From assembly GCA_030682385.1 (NCBI GenBank), contig JAUXOG010000085.1, forward strand, positions 696 to 64,695: a DNA stretch of 64,000 nucleotides, given 5' to 3'. A program made the position numbers and the translations under genes. The stretch is from Bacteroidota bacterium (lineage in GTDB: Bacteria > Bacteroidota > Ignavibacteria > UBA10030 > BY39). How positions within the stretch are numbered: the first letter of the stretch is position 1; every line of letters starts with the position of its first letter. The notes beneath the pieces were generated by a model that worked only from the letters and a program-made list of their open reading frames with translations, searched no databases and was not told the DNA's origin. Shown piece after piece: positions 10,580 through 19,814 of the stretch.

Positions 10580-12184
10580 TTACTTCAACAGTGTCATCTT
10601 TTTCGAGATAACATTTGATGGTGTTTTAAGTGTATAGATATATAATCCGCTTGAAAGTTCCTTATTATCAAAAATCACTTCATAACTACCGGCCTGTCTG
10701 AAATCGTTTACCAATGTTGCAACTTCCTGTCCTAAAATATTAGTTACAACTAATTTGACATTCATAGCTTCAGATATTGAATATTTTATTTTAGTTGTTG
10801 GGTTAAATGGATTTGGATAATTCTGACTCAACTCAAAATTCTCTGGTATTTCACCTATTTTAATTTCTTCAACTGAAGTTACATAGTTACCGAGATTGAA
10901 CTTAGACCAGTTCTGAGTCCAATTAACCGTTCCGAAAGCCCCAACAAATGTTGCAGTTGTATCAAAAAAACCATCATTCGGTGGAGCTGCAGCACCGGAT
11001 AATGCCGGTGAACTAACGATCGGTAGAAAATTAGGGTTAGTTAAATTAAATGGATCCATTAACATTACCTCGGCATTGGTTGTATATTTTCTTCCACCAT
11101 TACCAGTAAACCAGGTATCAATGTTAAATATTGCGCCGCCTGAACTGACAGTGTCCAATGCGGCAGAAGTATATCCGGCAACAATACTGTTATTCAACCA
11201 CATCAAATTATTGATAGCTCCCTGAATTGTGTTCGTTCCTTCTAATCTGACCCCTGTGGGCCAACCCATTACAATCGTATTAGAAATTTTATTTCTCGAT
11301 GATCTTCTAAGATGCATTCCTCTTTTATAAAGAATATTTATTGGGGTGCTCGAGTTAACTTTTGGTCCTAACATTGTTACATTCCACCATGTTGGTGAAG
11401 TAATTGGTTCATTCAATGAACCAGAACCGTCGTTATCAGATTCAAAACCATTTGAGCTCGATTGATCTGCAATTTCCGGATCTCTTAAAGCAACTAAATA
11501 CTGAAGCTTTCCTGAATAACCAAAGTCAGTATCAAAATCATCGTCCCATCCTCTGAAAGCAATTAAATATTTACAATTAACTGTTCCGCCAAACCACTCA
11601 AATGAGTCATCACCGGAATAGCTAACTTGGACGTGATCGATAATAGTTTTTCTTCCGACGCCACCAAATGTGAGCCCGTTAACTTCATTATTTGGTGAAA
11701 ATGCTATTCCCGGATATTCAATTCGAACATAACGAAATATGCCGCTCGAATCATCGTCATTTGTACCGCCATACGTATCTCCAGTACCTTCGATACCAGC
11801 AGTTCCACCCGGAACATTGATCTTTGCATTGCCAAGTATTATTATTCCGCCCCAGTCACCATATATCGGCAGTCTAGAAGAGCCTGCTTTTGCAAATTCA
11901 CTTGTGAAAACAATAGGAGCAGTTTCTGTGCCTACTGCATTAATTTTAGCGCCTGGTTTAATTATTAATGCACCTTGAGTTGTGTTTTCACCAAAAATAA
12001 TTGTTCCCGGTTCGATTGTTAAAGTGGCAGGTGATTGCACTCTAACAAATCCACGAAGCAAATATCTATTGTTCGAAGTAAGCGTAAGGTTAGAAGTTAT
12101 ATTACCTTCTAATAATATCTCCTGAGCATACGAATGAATGCTAATCGAAATCAACATTGAAAGTATAAACAAAAATTTTTTCAT
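10580..12184 (-). CDS. T9SS-sorted beta-helix-like protein, partner of the upstream TonB receptor
   Basis: SPI signal peptide (no lipobox); Gly/Asn/Asp-rich repeats (GDWGGIIILG, YVRIEYPG, DDSFEWFGG, DDDFDTDFG, SSNGFESDNDG); C-terminal QNYPNPFNPTT...KMTLLK. Confidence 0.75.
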   Translation of the reverse strand: MKKFLFILSMLISISIHSYAQEILLEGNITSNLTLTSNNRYLLRGFVRVQSPATLTIEPGTIIFGENTTQGALIIKPGAKINAVGTETAPIVFTSEFAKAGSSRLPIYGDWGGIIILGNAKINVPGGTAGIEGTGDTYGGTNDDDSSGIFRYVRIEYPGIAFSPNNEVNGLTFGGVGRKTIIDHVQVSYSGDDSFEWFGGTVNCKYLIAFRGWDDDFDTDFGYSGKLQYLVALRDPEIADQSSSNGFESDNDGSGSLNEPITSPTWWNVTMLGPKVNSSTPINILYKRGMHLRRSSRNKISNTIVMGWPTGVRLEGTNTIQGAINNLMWLNNSIVAGYTSAALDTVSSGGAIFNIDTWFTGNGGRKYTTNAEVMLMDPFNLTNPNFLPIVSSPALSGAAAPPNDGFFDTTATFVGAFGTVNWTQNWSKFNLGNYVTSVEEIKIGEIPENFELSQNYPNPFNPTTKIKYSISEAMNVKLVVTNILGQEVATLVNDFRQAGSYEVIFDNKELSSGLYIYTLKTPSNVISKKMTLLK

Positions 12185-12200
12185 CTATTTTTCTCCTTTA

Positions 12201-14987
12201 TTAGTTTAATTGATATGATAGTCCTAATGAAATATTTCTTCCTACTCGTGATAATTCGGATACTTTATCTCCATTAGGGGCTCGCTGTATAAATAGTCTT
12301 TCCTGATTTAATAAATCTTTAACGGTAAATTTTATTGAGAATAATTGGAATAATTTTTTGGAAATTGAGAAGTCAATTAAATCAACTGGTTTTTCAATAA
12401 TATCTCCCAAATCATTCGCTCCGACTTTTGCAATTCTGCTTCCAACCTTGTTGTAAACTATAGATGAGTTCAATCCTAAATCAAAATTATCATAGTAAAT
12501 GCCCAGGTTGAAGACGTAATCTGCTTGACCCTGGAGTGGTCTGTTTGATTTTTGGAAATTAATTTCTTCATCATTATTCAGCTTAACTTCAGAATTAATT
12601 ACGGTAGCATTTCCAACGAATGAAAAGTAAGGGACAAAATCGCTGATAAAATCAAGAGACTTTCTTATTTCTATTTCAACGCCGTAATTTTTGGCTGCAT
12701 CTGCATTCGCATAAGAACGGATCGGTTCATTGCTTGATGAAGCTGTTAAGATTTCTTCAATCGGATTTTCAAATCTTTTATAGAAAAAGCTTAACGCTAC
12801 CAGCTCTCCGCCTTTTGGGAAATATTCGAATCGTAAATCATAATTGTTTATGAGAGATCTTTTCAGTTCAGTATTCCCCTGAACAAGTTCATTCGTTATG
12901 AAGTCAAAGTAACTGAATGGTGCAAGCTCACGAAATTCTGGTCTGGCAAGTGTAGTGCTATATGCTAACCTGATGTTAATAAAATTATTGAGTAAGTAAG
13001 TGAGATTAATTCCCGGAAGCCAATCACGGTAATTTTTCTTAACATTAATGTTTTCACCAGTTTGTGAAAATGAATGCAAGACTTGAATCGAATATTCAAA
13101 TCTAACGCCTCCAGCGACTCTAAATTTTTCGAGTAGATTAGTATCAAACATCAAATAACCGGCTGCTACTTTTTGATTTGACTCGTAACTATCCGATGGT
13201 TTGGTAATTTCGGTTACAGTAATGAAAGTTCTATTAATATTTTCCGGACTGAATATTTCTTCAACTGATCTTTGTAAAATACTGTCTTCAGCAAGAAAAT
13301 TTCCACCGGGAACATTTTTGAATCCAAATAATCTTGCGTCAAAATTCCTCTCTTTTTTATTATAAAATAAACCAAACTTAATTTTCGGAAGTTCAGGGCT
13401 TTCAAATACTTTCAAATTGAAATTAGTTCCTCCGTTAAAATCGTGGTCCAATAAATTTCCAAAATATCTGGTAGCTAAGGATTGGTCCAATTGAAAACGT
13501 AATGGTTCATTTGGATCATCGAGCCCTCTGGAATACACATATCTTCTCGCATCCGGCTCGTTACGCTCGGATTGTGAATAACTAAACGTCCAGTCGAAAT
13601 TCAAACCATTAAGAATATCAAATCGATGTTCTCCAAGAAGTTGGGAGGATAGCAATGATCTTGATACGAATCTTAATGATGTTATTTCCCGATATTGATC
13701 AGCGTATCTATAATCTCCCTTAAAAATTGTTACTTCATCATCTGAGTTCTGATTATAAACATTCTTTAAACTGATTTTATTTGTCATTCCGAACTTAACG
13801 CTGAAATTGAGCATACCGCTCCACATCACGTTGTTAGAATAATTATTACCGTTATATAAATATCTCGGACCGGTGAAGTCATAAAAATTTCTTTCATTCT
13901 CCGCAGCACTAAACGAATTTGAATAAGAAACCGAACCGATATAACCAAGTATATTTTCATCAAAAAATTCCATCTTATCACCTATGGTCAGCTTCATATT
14001 TCCATTCATAGGTACTCTTTTATTATTCACATTCCAATTATTCTTGAACGAAGAAGCGATATTTAATATTTCATCGTCTGTGAAATTGCCACGTGTTAAT
14101 TTTAAGTTACTAATAGCAGACGGATAATCACGAGATCCATCATCATATCCCAAAAAATCAGTTTTCCCGCCCGAATATCCGGTAAAATCCTTGAATGAGG
14201 TATAGGTATTAATTCCACTTGTCAGACTGAAATCTGTAGTAAACCTCTGCGGAAATTCAATGGTGGTTATTTGAATTAATCCACCCGAAAAATCAGCCGG
14301 TTTATCGGGTGTGGATGTTTTTGCAGTTATGACATTTTCGATTAAACTTGCTGGAATGATATCGTATGAAAAACTTTTTTTTTCGGGATCAGTGCTTGGC
14401 AGATTTGCACCATTAAGCAGTGTGTTGTTATACCTATCTCCCACTCCCCTTACAAATGCATATTTCCCTTCGGAAATGGTAACTCCGGTCATCCGTTTTA
14501 AAACATCGGTTCCATCAGAGCTGTTGTTCTTTCTAATCAGTTCTGCGCTAATACCATCAACAATATTTGCTGAATTCATTTGGATTTTCAGAACGTTAGT
14601 TTCTGTGTTTTTTAATACGCTCGCAGATACAACAACTTCGTGTAATTCAATTGTTGATGGATTTAGTTGAACATCAATCTTAGTATCTTTGCCCTCTTCC
14701 ACTTTTATATTGTTAACTGTTACTGATTGGTAAGAAATATAAGATATTCTTAAGCTGTATTGACCCGGCGTTAATCCACGAATAACATATTTCCCATCAA
14801 TGTCTGTTGTAGTTCCTGTTGCAGTTCCAACGATCAGAAGGTTTGAACCTATAAGTATTTCGTCAGTTTTTTTATCTGTGATAGTTCCTGTAATTGAACC
14901 ACTGCCCTGAGAATATGCAATGTTATAGAGTGGTAATAATAACGATAGTGTTAAGAATAATAAGTAAAGTGGTTTGATAAATTTCAT
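12201..14987 (-). CDS. TonB-dependent receptor
   Basis: N-terminal carboxypeptidase-regulatory-like domain (GTITDKKT..TTTDIDGKY), plug (VRGVGDRYNNTLLNGA), barrel ending LGLSYQLN. Confidence 0.92.
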   Translation of the reverse strand: MKFIKPLYLLFLTLSLLLPLYNIAYSQGSGSITGTITDKKTDEILIGSNLLIVGTATGTTTDIDGKYVIRGLTPGQYSLRISYISYQSVTVNNIKVEEGKDTKIDVQLNPSTIELHEVVVSASVLKNTETNVLKIQMNSANIVDGISAELIRKNNSSDGTDVLKRMTGVTISEGKYAFVRGVGDRYNNTLLNGANLPSTDPEKKSFSYDIIPASLIENVITAKTSTPDKPADFSGGLIQITTIEFPQRFTTDFSLTSGINTYTSFKDFTGYSGGKTDFLGYDDGSRDYPSAISNLKLTRGNFTDDEILNIASSFKNNWNVNNKRVPMNGNMKLTIGDKMEFFDENILGYIGSVSYSNSFSAAENERNFYDFTGPRYLYNGNNYSNNVMWSGMLNFSVKFGMTNKISLKNVYNQNSDDEVTIFKGDYRYADQYREITSLRFVSRSLLSSQLLGEHRFDILNGLNFDWTFSYSQSERNEPDARRYVYSRGLDDPNEPLRFQLDQSLATRYFGNLLDHDFNGGTNFNLKVFESPELPKIKFGLFYNKKERNFDARLFGFKNVPGGNFLAEDSILQRSVEEIFSPENINRTFITVTEITKPSDSYESNQKVAAGYLMFDTNLLEKFRVAGGVRFEYSIQVLHSFSQTGENINVKKNYRDWLPGINLTYLLNNFINIRLAYSTTLARPEFRELAPFSYFDFITNELVQGNTELKRSLINNYDLRFEYFPKGGELVALSFFYKRFENPIEEILTASSSNEPIRSYANADAAKNYGVEIEIRKSLDFISDFVPYFSFVGNATVINSEVKLNNDEEINFQKSNRPLQGQADYVFNLGIYYDNFDLGLNSSIVYNKVGSRIAKVGANDLGDIIEKPVDLIDFSISKKLFQLFSIKFTVKDLLNQERLFIQRAPNGDKVSELSRVGRNISLGLSYQLN

Positions 14988-15057
14988 ATTGTGGCTCGTT
15001 ATAATGTTTATTAATGTTTTTTCTTTCCTTCAAGTTCGCATTAATATAAAGATTATG

Positions 15058-15096
15058 TGTTTTGTTTGAGTTACGGCAATGTTATTAAATTGTTAA
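15058..15096 (-). promoter_or_regulatory. Pho-box-like operator 2 (TonB receptor operon)
   Basis: Half-sites TTAACA, ATAACA, GTAACT, AAAACA at 11-bp spacing; 15070-15096 matches 10369-10395 at 26/27 nt. Confidence 0.7.
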
Positions 15097-15126
15097 AATA
15101 TATAATACCTTAAAACTGTGTAGAGT

Positions 15127-15660
15127 TTAGGAGATGAGAATTTTTGTTAACATAATTGAAACTTTCCCACTAAGAAATCCCAACAATCCACCTACGAAAA
15201 CATCTGTTGGATAATGTACCCCAAGGTAAATTCGAGAAAATCCGATGCCGACGGCAACAGTTAATAAAATCGGCACGAGGGCCGGTACGGAATGTGCCAG
15301 TACAGTAACCATGACAAATGCTGCAGCGGTGTGCCCAGACGGGAAAGAATACCGGTCGGGGGAAATAACCAATCTACTCACACGAGGCAAGAAATCGCAC
15401 GGTCTGAGTCTGGGAAGGAATGATTTGGACAATTTGTAAATACTGAGTTCCATCGCGTAAGCAATAGCGAGGTGAATAACGATCATTGTGCCGTGTGGAT
15501 GCAATACCAGCAAAGCGAGTGAGAGAACTATCCACAGAGGTCCATCGCCAAGGCGGGTAAGAAACTTCATCAACGGTGTTAAGCTCATCCGCCGCTGCGA
15601 TGCTACGAATGATACAAACAAAATGTCGAAAAGCTCAATTTTCTTGATTAAGGCAGTCAT
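15127..15660 (-). CDS. PAP2-family membrane phosphatase
   Basis: Three PAP2 motifs: K..LPRLRP, SFPSGH, SRIYLGVHYPTD; several hydrophobic helices. Confidence 0.9.
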   Translation of the reverse strand: MTALIKKIELFDILFVSFVASQRRMSLTPLMKFLTRLGDGPLWIVLSLALLVLHPHGTMIVIHLAIAYAMELSIYKLSKSFLPRLRPCDFLPRVSRLVISPDRYSFPSGHTAAAFVMVTVLAHSVPALVPILLTVAVGIGFSRIYLGVHYPTDVFVGGLLGFLSGKVSIMLTKILIS

Positions 15661-15663
15661 AGT

Positions 15664-16044
15664 TCAATTCATGGTAAAAATTTTCAACCTGACGACCGGA
15701 TCGTTTGTCGCGGCAAGAAGTTTCTCGATGCATTCGATAACACCATTCAACTTCAATCTTGCGTGCCAGACCTGAAATTGATCGCGAACGTCGGCAGGAA
15801 AGTTTCCTTCCGCAAATGTACTTATGCCTTTCCCTTCGGTAGCCAGATATTGCGCCTGAATGCAGCCCGGCCATTTTATTTTTCTGATTATATCAACAAA
15901 ATTTTCCATTTCTGTTACAGTTTCGTTCATCCCTTCGAGCGTTCCCTTAACTTCGCTGATATCATCTTTTGTAGCTAAAGAATCTTGGGCATTAATATTT
16001 ATAGAAACTAAAAATATCGTTATGAGAGTAAAGATTATTTTCAT
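15664..16044 (-). pseudogene. Truncated paralogue of the phosphate porin (about first 100 aa) fused to an unrelated tail
   Basis: AQDSLATKDDISEVKGTLEGMNETVTEMENFVDIIRKIKW versus AQDSLATKDDIGEVKGTIEGMNETITEMKNFVDIIRKIKW in the porin; similarity stops near RLKL/RIKF, so almost all of the barrel is missing. Track start 16059. Confidence 0.8.
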
Positions 16045-16083
16045 TCGGTTGCTTTTCATTTGTGCAACAATTTAATAATAATG

Positions 16084-16122
16084 TGTTTTGTTTGAGTTAT
16101 GGTAACATTATTAAATTGTTAA
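16084..16122 (-). promoter_or_regulatory. Pho-box-like operator 3 (truncated porin - PAP2)
   Basis: Half-sites TTAACA, ATAATG, ATAACT, AAAACA at 11-bp spacing, followed by TATTAT at 16080-16075. Confidence 0.6.
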
Positions 16123-16206
16123 GATTAAATCGTGGGTTTTACATTCCTTTTGCGTTTTTGTGATAAAATGCAGTTATTATATTTAGAAAAATTCTTTGGA
16201 AAGAAA

Positions 16207-16974
16207 ATGAAGCAATGGTATGAAGCTTTGTTCGAGAACTACGCGAACAAATATGAAAAAGAGAATTTCACTCAAGGCACAATTGGTGAAGTTGATTTCA
16301 TTGAGACCGAATTAGTCCGCAGTTGGGGGGATGATAAATCTTGCAAAATTTTAGACATCGGATGCGGGACGGGACGGCATGCAATCGAATTGGCAAAACG
16401 AGATTATAAAGTTGTAGGTGTAGATTTATCTGAAAACATGCTTGCAAAAGCTCGTGATAATGCATTGCTATACGGAGTTGAAGTAAAATTTGTTTGTGCC
16501 GATGCTCGTGAGTTGATATTCAAGAATGAATTCGATTTGGTAATTATGATTTGCGAAGGTGCCTTCCCTCTGATGGAAACGGACGAGATGAATTATAAGA
16601 TATTACAAAACGCTGCACAAGCTTTAAAGCAAAATGGAAAATTTATTTTCACAACATTAAATGGTTTGTATCCACTTTTCCATTCTGTAAAAGATTTTGT
16701 GAACGACAATATTGTTGATGGCAGAAGCAGTGGAAACACATTTGATTTGATGACTTTCAGAGATCATTCGACATTTGAAGTTGAAGATGATGATGGAAAT
16801 CAAAAAGTGATGGCATGCAACGAACGGTATTATGTTCCTTCCGAAATCAAGTGGCTTCTGAAATCATTAAATTTTAAACAGATAGATATATTCGGTTGTA
16901 AAATAGGTGTATGGAGTAGAAACGATAAGCTAACAACCGAAGATTTTGAAATGCTTGTTATATCGGAGAGGTAA
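16207..16974 (+). CDS. Class I SAM-dependent methyltransferase
   Basis: ILDIGCGTGRHA motif I, VGVDLSENML, ADAREL. Likely start MKQWYE at 16207; track start 16132 overlaps a regulatory region. Confidence 0.88.
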   Translation: MKQWYEALFENYANKYEKENFTQGTIGEVDFIETELVRSWGDDKSCKILDIGCGTGRHAIELAKRDYKVVGVDLSENMLAKARDNALLYGVEVKFVCADARELIFKNEFDLVIMICEGAFPLMETDEMNYKILQNAAQALKQNGKFIFTTLNGLYPLFHSVKDFVNDNIVDGRSSGNTFDLMTFRDHSTFEVEDDDGNQKVMACNERYYVPSEIKWLLKSLNFKQIDIFGCKIGVWSRNDKLTTEDFEMLVISER

Positions 16975-17050
16975 ATATTACTCGATATAAAACAATAAAA
17001 GACTAAACATTTTTTTATACCAATAGATAAATAAAAATTAATTATATAGG

Positions 17051-17899
17051 ATGAATATGGATTTAGAAAATCTTATCTATAAATTTCAAAATACAGATTT
17101 AAAAAATTTATCAAAATATGAAGATAAAATAACTACAAAAAATAAAGATGGTATTTTTTTCCCTCCTTATATTCCGTTTGTCGGAAATAATTACCAAGAA
17201 TTTAAGTTACTCTTTTATGCTTCAGCTCAAAACATTCCTCAGAATAGTGAAGTTTCTATTCAATATTCCAAAAATTTCGATAAATTGGTAGAGCGACTTT
17301 ATTATAATCTTAATTTTGATAAAAAGTACCCTAAAGACAATTTTGATTTCTCCGAAATATTAATCGCCCCATATCAAAAAGGTATTTTACCAGCAATTGC
17401 TGGTATTTATTTTTATATTTTCAACAAAAAACTATTTAGAGATTTTAACATAATACAAGATAATATAGCTATTTCGAATTATTATAAATTTTCTCTTTAT
17501 TCTGCCAATAGAGATATAAATCCAAATACACTTCAATCCGGAGAAGAATATTGGGATTTAAATGACAAATTAGTTAAACAAGAGTTACAAATATTAGAGC
17601 CATCAATTATTATCACCTTTAACGGGCGACACGTTAATTTTTTGAAAGAACTGGGTTATCAAGTAAAAAGTATAAATGACCCTTCTTGGATATTGAGAGG
17701 CGCCAAAGGATGCTTAACTAAACCATTTGGGTCTTGGTATAAACTGATAGAAAACGGAATAAAAGACGATGATTTAAACGGAGTTGTTGAAGATTATTTA
17801 AATCAAATTCACAATCCATACAAAAGAAAAAAAGAACAAGTCAAAATATACCTATTAAAATATTCTTTAGATTGGCGAAATTTGCTATATGTTAAATAA
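17051..17899 (+). CDS. Hypothetical AT-rich protein, possible uracil-DNA-glycosylase superfamily fold
   Basis: 282-aa ORF; PYIPFVGNNY-LLFYASAQN, SNYYKF and ELQILEPSIIITFNG resemble UDG-superfamily motifs; visibly more AT-rich than its neighbours. Confidence 0.5.
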   Translation: MNMDLENLIYKFQNTDLKNLSKYEDKITTKNKDGIFFPPYIPFVGNNYQEFKLLFYASAQNIPQNSEVSIQYSKNFDKLVERLYYNLNFDKKYPKDNFDFSEILIAPYQKGILPAIAGIYFYIFNKKLFRDFNIIQDNIAISNYYKFSLYSANRDINPNTLQSGEEYWDLNDKLVKQELQILEPSIIITFNGRHVNFLKELGYQVKSINDPSWILRGAKGCLTKPFGSWYKLIENGIKDDDLNGVVEDYLNQIHNPYKRKKEQVKIYLLKYSLDWRNLLYVK

Positions 17900-17923
17900 T
17901 TGCGAACATTCTAAATTTTCAAC

Positions 17924-19075
17924 ATGCAACAAACTTACATAGCACATATCGACCTCGACTGTTTCTTCGTTTCAGTTGAACGAATCAAAAACCCGACACT
18001 TATCGGGAAGCCGGTAGTCGTTGGCGGCAGCGCAACGGGTCGCGGAGTGATTGCTTCAGCTTCGTATGAAGCGAGGAAATTCGGTGTGCGCTCGGCTATG
18101 CCGACTGCGAATGCTTTGAAACTTTGCCCAAATTTGATTGTTGTTTCGGGCAGTCACTCGGATTACTCCGCTTACTCGAACCGCCTGTATCAACGAATGC
18201 TTGAATTTGCACCGACAGTTGAGCGGGCTTCCATCGACGAAATGTATCTCGATTTTACCGGCTGCGAAAAATTGTATAACAACGACTTGCCCGGCTTTAT
18301 GAAAATACTTCAGCAGTTAATCAAAGCGGAGTTTCAGCTTCCTTCAACAATTGCACTTGCTTCAAACAAATTAGTCGCGAAGATAGCCGCTAACACAGTG
18401 AAACCGGAAGGTGTGATTTATATCCCACACGGGACAGAATCGCAATTCCTCGCTCCATTGCCAATCGAGGTTATACCCGGTGTTGGAAAAAAGACCGAGG
18501 AATTTTTAAGACAAAAAGGTTTCCGGACAGTTGCCGATCTTCAAAATGGTTCCCTCAAAACTTTATTTAATTTATTAGGTGCAAACGGCAAGTGGATTTA
18601 TAACGCATCTTTTGGTCGCGGCTCCACGTTACTCACAACTTCACATATCCCCAAAAGCATAAGCCGTGAGGAAACATTTTCAACCGATATTTCCGAAACA
18701 GACAAGTTAGAGAAAATACTTTTTTCGCTCGTTGAGAGTGTATGTTCGACTCTTCGTTCGCACACTTTCAAGGCAAGGACTGTTACACTGAAACTTCGCA
18801 ATTCCAAATTTACGACTTCAACTCACCGGCAAACCATCGCACCAACTAATTATGATCCGGTGGTTTTTAAAACAGCAAGCAAACTCTTACAAAAGAATCA
18901 CGCTAATAAAACTCCAATCAGGTTAATCGGTATCGCTTTATCAAACTTTTCGGACGATACACAAACCGAGTTAGAGCTTTTTCAGACGACAGAGAAGAAA
19001 GACGAAATTGTAAAAGCAGTGGATAAAATCCGTGATAAGTTTGGAGACGAGGCAATCAGGATTGGAAATGTATAA
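17924..19075 (+). CDS. dinB: DNA polymerase IV (Y family)
   Basis: HIDLDCFFVSVE, ASYEARKFGVRSAMP, SIDEMYLD, NKLVAKIA, KSISREETF little finger. Confidence 0.95.
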   Translation: MQQTYIAHIDLDCFFVSVERIKNPTLIGKPVVVGGSATGRGVIASASYEARKFGVRSAMPTANALKLCPNLIVVSGSHSDYSAYSNRLYQRMLEFAPTVERASIDEMYLDFTGCEKLYNNDLPGFMKILQQLIKAEFQLPSTIALASNKLVAKIAANTVKPEGVIYIPHGTESQFLAPLPIEVIPGVGKKTEEFLRQKGFRTVADLQNGSLKTLFNLLGANGKWIYNASFGRGSTLLTTSHIPKSISREETFSTDISETDKLEKILFSLVESVCSTLRSHTFKARTVTLKLRNSKFTTSTHRQTIAPTNYDPVVFKTASKLLQKNHANKTPIRLIGIALSNFSDDTQTELELFQTTEKKDEIVKAVDKIRDKFGDEAIRIGNV

Positions 19076-19181
19076 ATCTCGCATTACCATAAATGGTAAC
19101 GCTAAAAAACAAAGAATCGTAAACGATCCTAAAATATAATAATTGTAACAGGTAAGATATCGGAAATCTTGCTCTTCAACA

Positions 19182-19577
19182 CTAAAGTTTTAGCCGTTTA
19201 CAATTGGCTTCTAACCAATTTGAGAGTTGTGCTTTATTCATTTTGCCGCTTGCAAGATTCATCATCATTTCATAGGCGGAAGTTTCATCTGCAATTAGCT
19301 GCCAACCGTTTTTCTGTAAAAATATATCCATTAACACCAATGAGACTCGCTTGTTGCCATCGACAAAAGGGTGATTTTTACAGACATGAAATCCATAAGC
19401 AGCAGCTTTATCGAAAATGGTTTTATGCAAATATTTTCCCGCCATAGTTATTTTGGGTTGAGCAAGTGCTGATTCAAGCAAATTTTTGTCACGAATGCCA
19501 GGGCTCCCGCCATAACGTTCGAGTAGAATTGAATGAATAGTAAGAACTATTTCTTCAGGAATGAATTTTATCGCCAT
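19182..19577 (-). CDS. Doc/Fic-family toxin
   Basis: HPFVDGNKR Doc-type motif; GGSPGIRDKNLLESAL; one-base overlap with the antitoxin stop. Confidence 0.9.
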   Translation of the reverse strand: MAIKFIPEEIVLTIHSILLERYGGSPGIRDKNLLESALAQPKITMAGKYLHKTIFDKAAAYGFHVCKNHPFVDGNKRVSLVLMDIFLQKNGWQLIADETSAYEMMMNLASGKMNKAQLSNWLEANCKRLKL

Positions 19578-19801
19578 TACTTTGCTAATTTATGCAGAGT
19601 GTTCCGATATTTTTTATTTGTCCTTTCAAAAGCATCTACCCATTCTGAAAACTTCGGGTCATATGGGGTTAACACAATTCCATCCTCTGTTTCAATGATG
19701 TTCATTTCGTCTCCCTCGTCTAAATGATAATTATCAATTATCGTTTTGGGCAGAGTAATACCAAAACTATTACCCACTCGCCGTATGTTTGTTTTTAACA
19801 T
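19577..19801 (-). CDS. AbrB/MazE-type antitoxin
   Basis: MLKTNIRRVGNSFGITLPK..L.EGDE...IVLTP swapped-hairpin motif; start 19801 lies just downstream of its own promoter; track start 19870. Confidence 0.88.
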   Translation of the reverse strand: MLKTNIRRVGNSFGITLPKTIIDNYHLDEGDEMNIIETEDGIVLTPYDPKFSEWVDAFERTNKKYRNTLHKLAK

Positions 19802-19814
19802 TTTCGTTGAACCT

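Noticed and set aside
10357-16122. Repeated TTATTAAATTGTTAA sequences as a CRISPR array
   Set aside because: Three isolated copies kilobases apart at promoters, no spacer periodicity and no cas genes; better explained as operators.
17900-17923. Possible SOS box (CGAACA) upstream of dinB
   Set aside because: Only a half-site; no matching inverted half.
16207-19075. Methyltransferase + UDG-like + dinB as a restriction-modification or single functional operon
   Set aside because: The methyltransferase lacks DNA-MTase motifs (no DPPY/NPPY or PC) and the three genes differ in composition; co-orientation alone is insufficient.
19081-19127. Small hairpins between convergent dinB and doc (TTACCA-TAAA-TGGTAA; ATCGT-AA-ACGAT)
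   Set aside because: Weak AT-rich stems with no convincing U-tract; cannot be supported as terminators.
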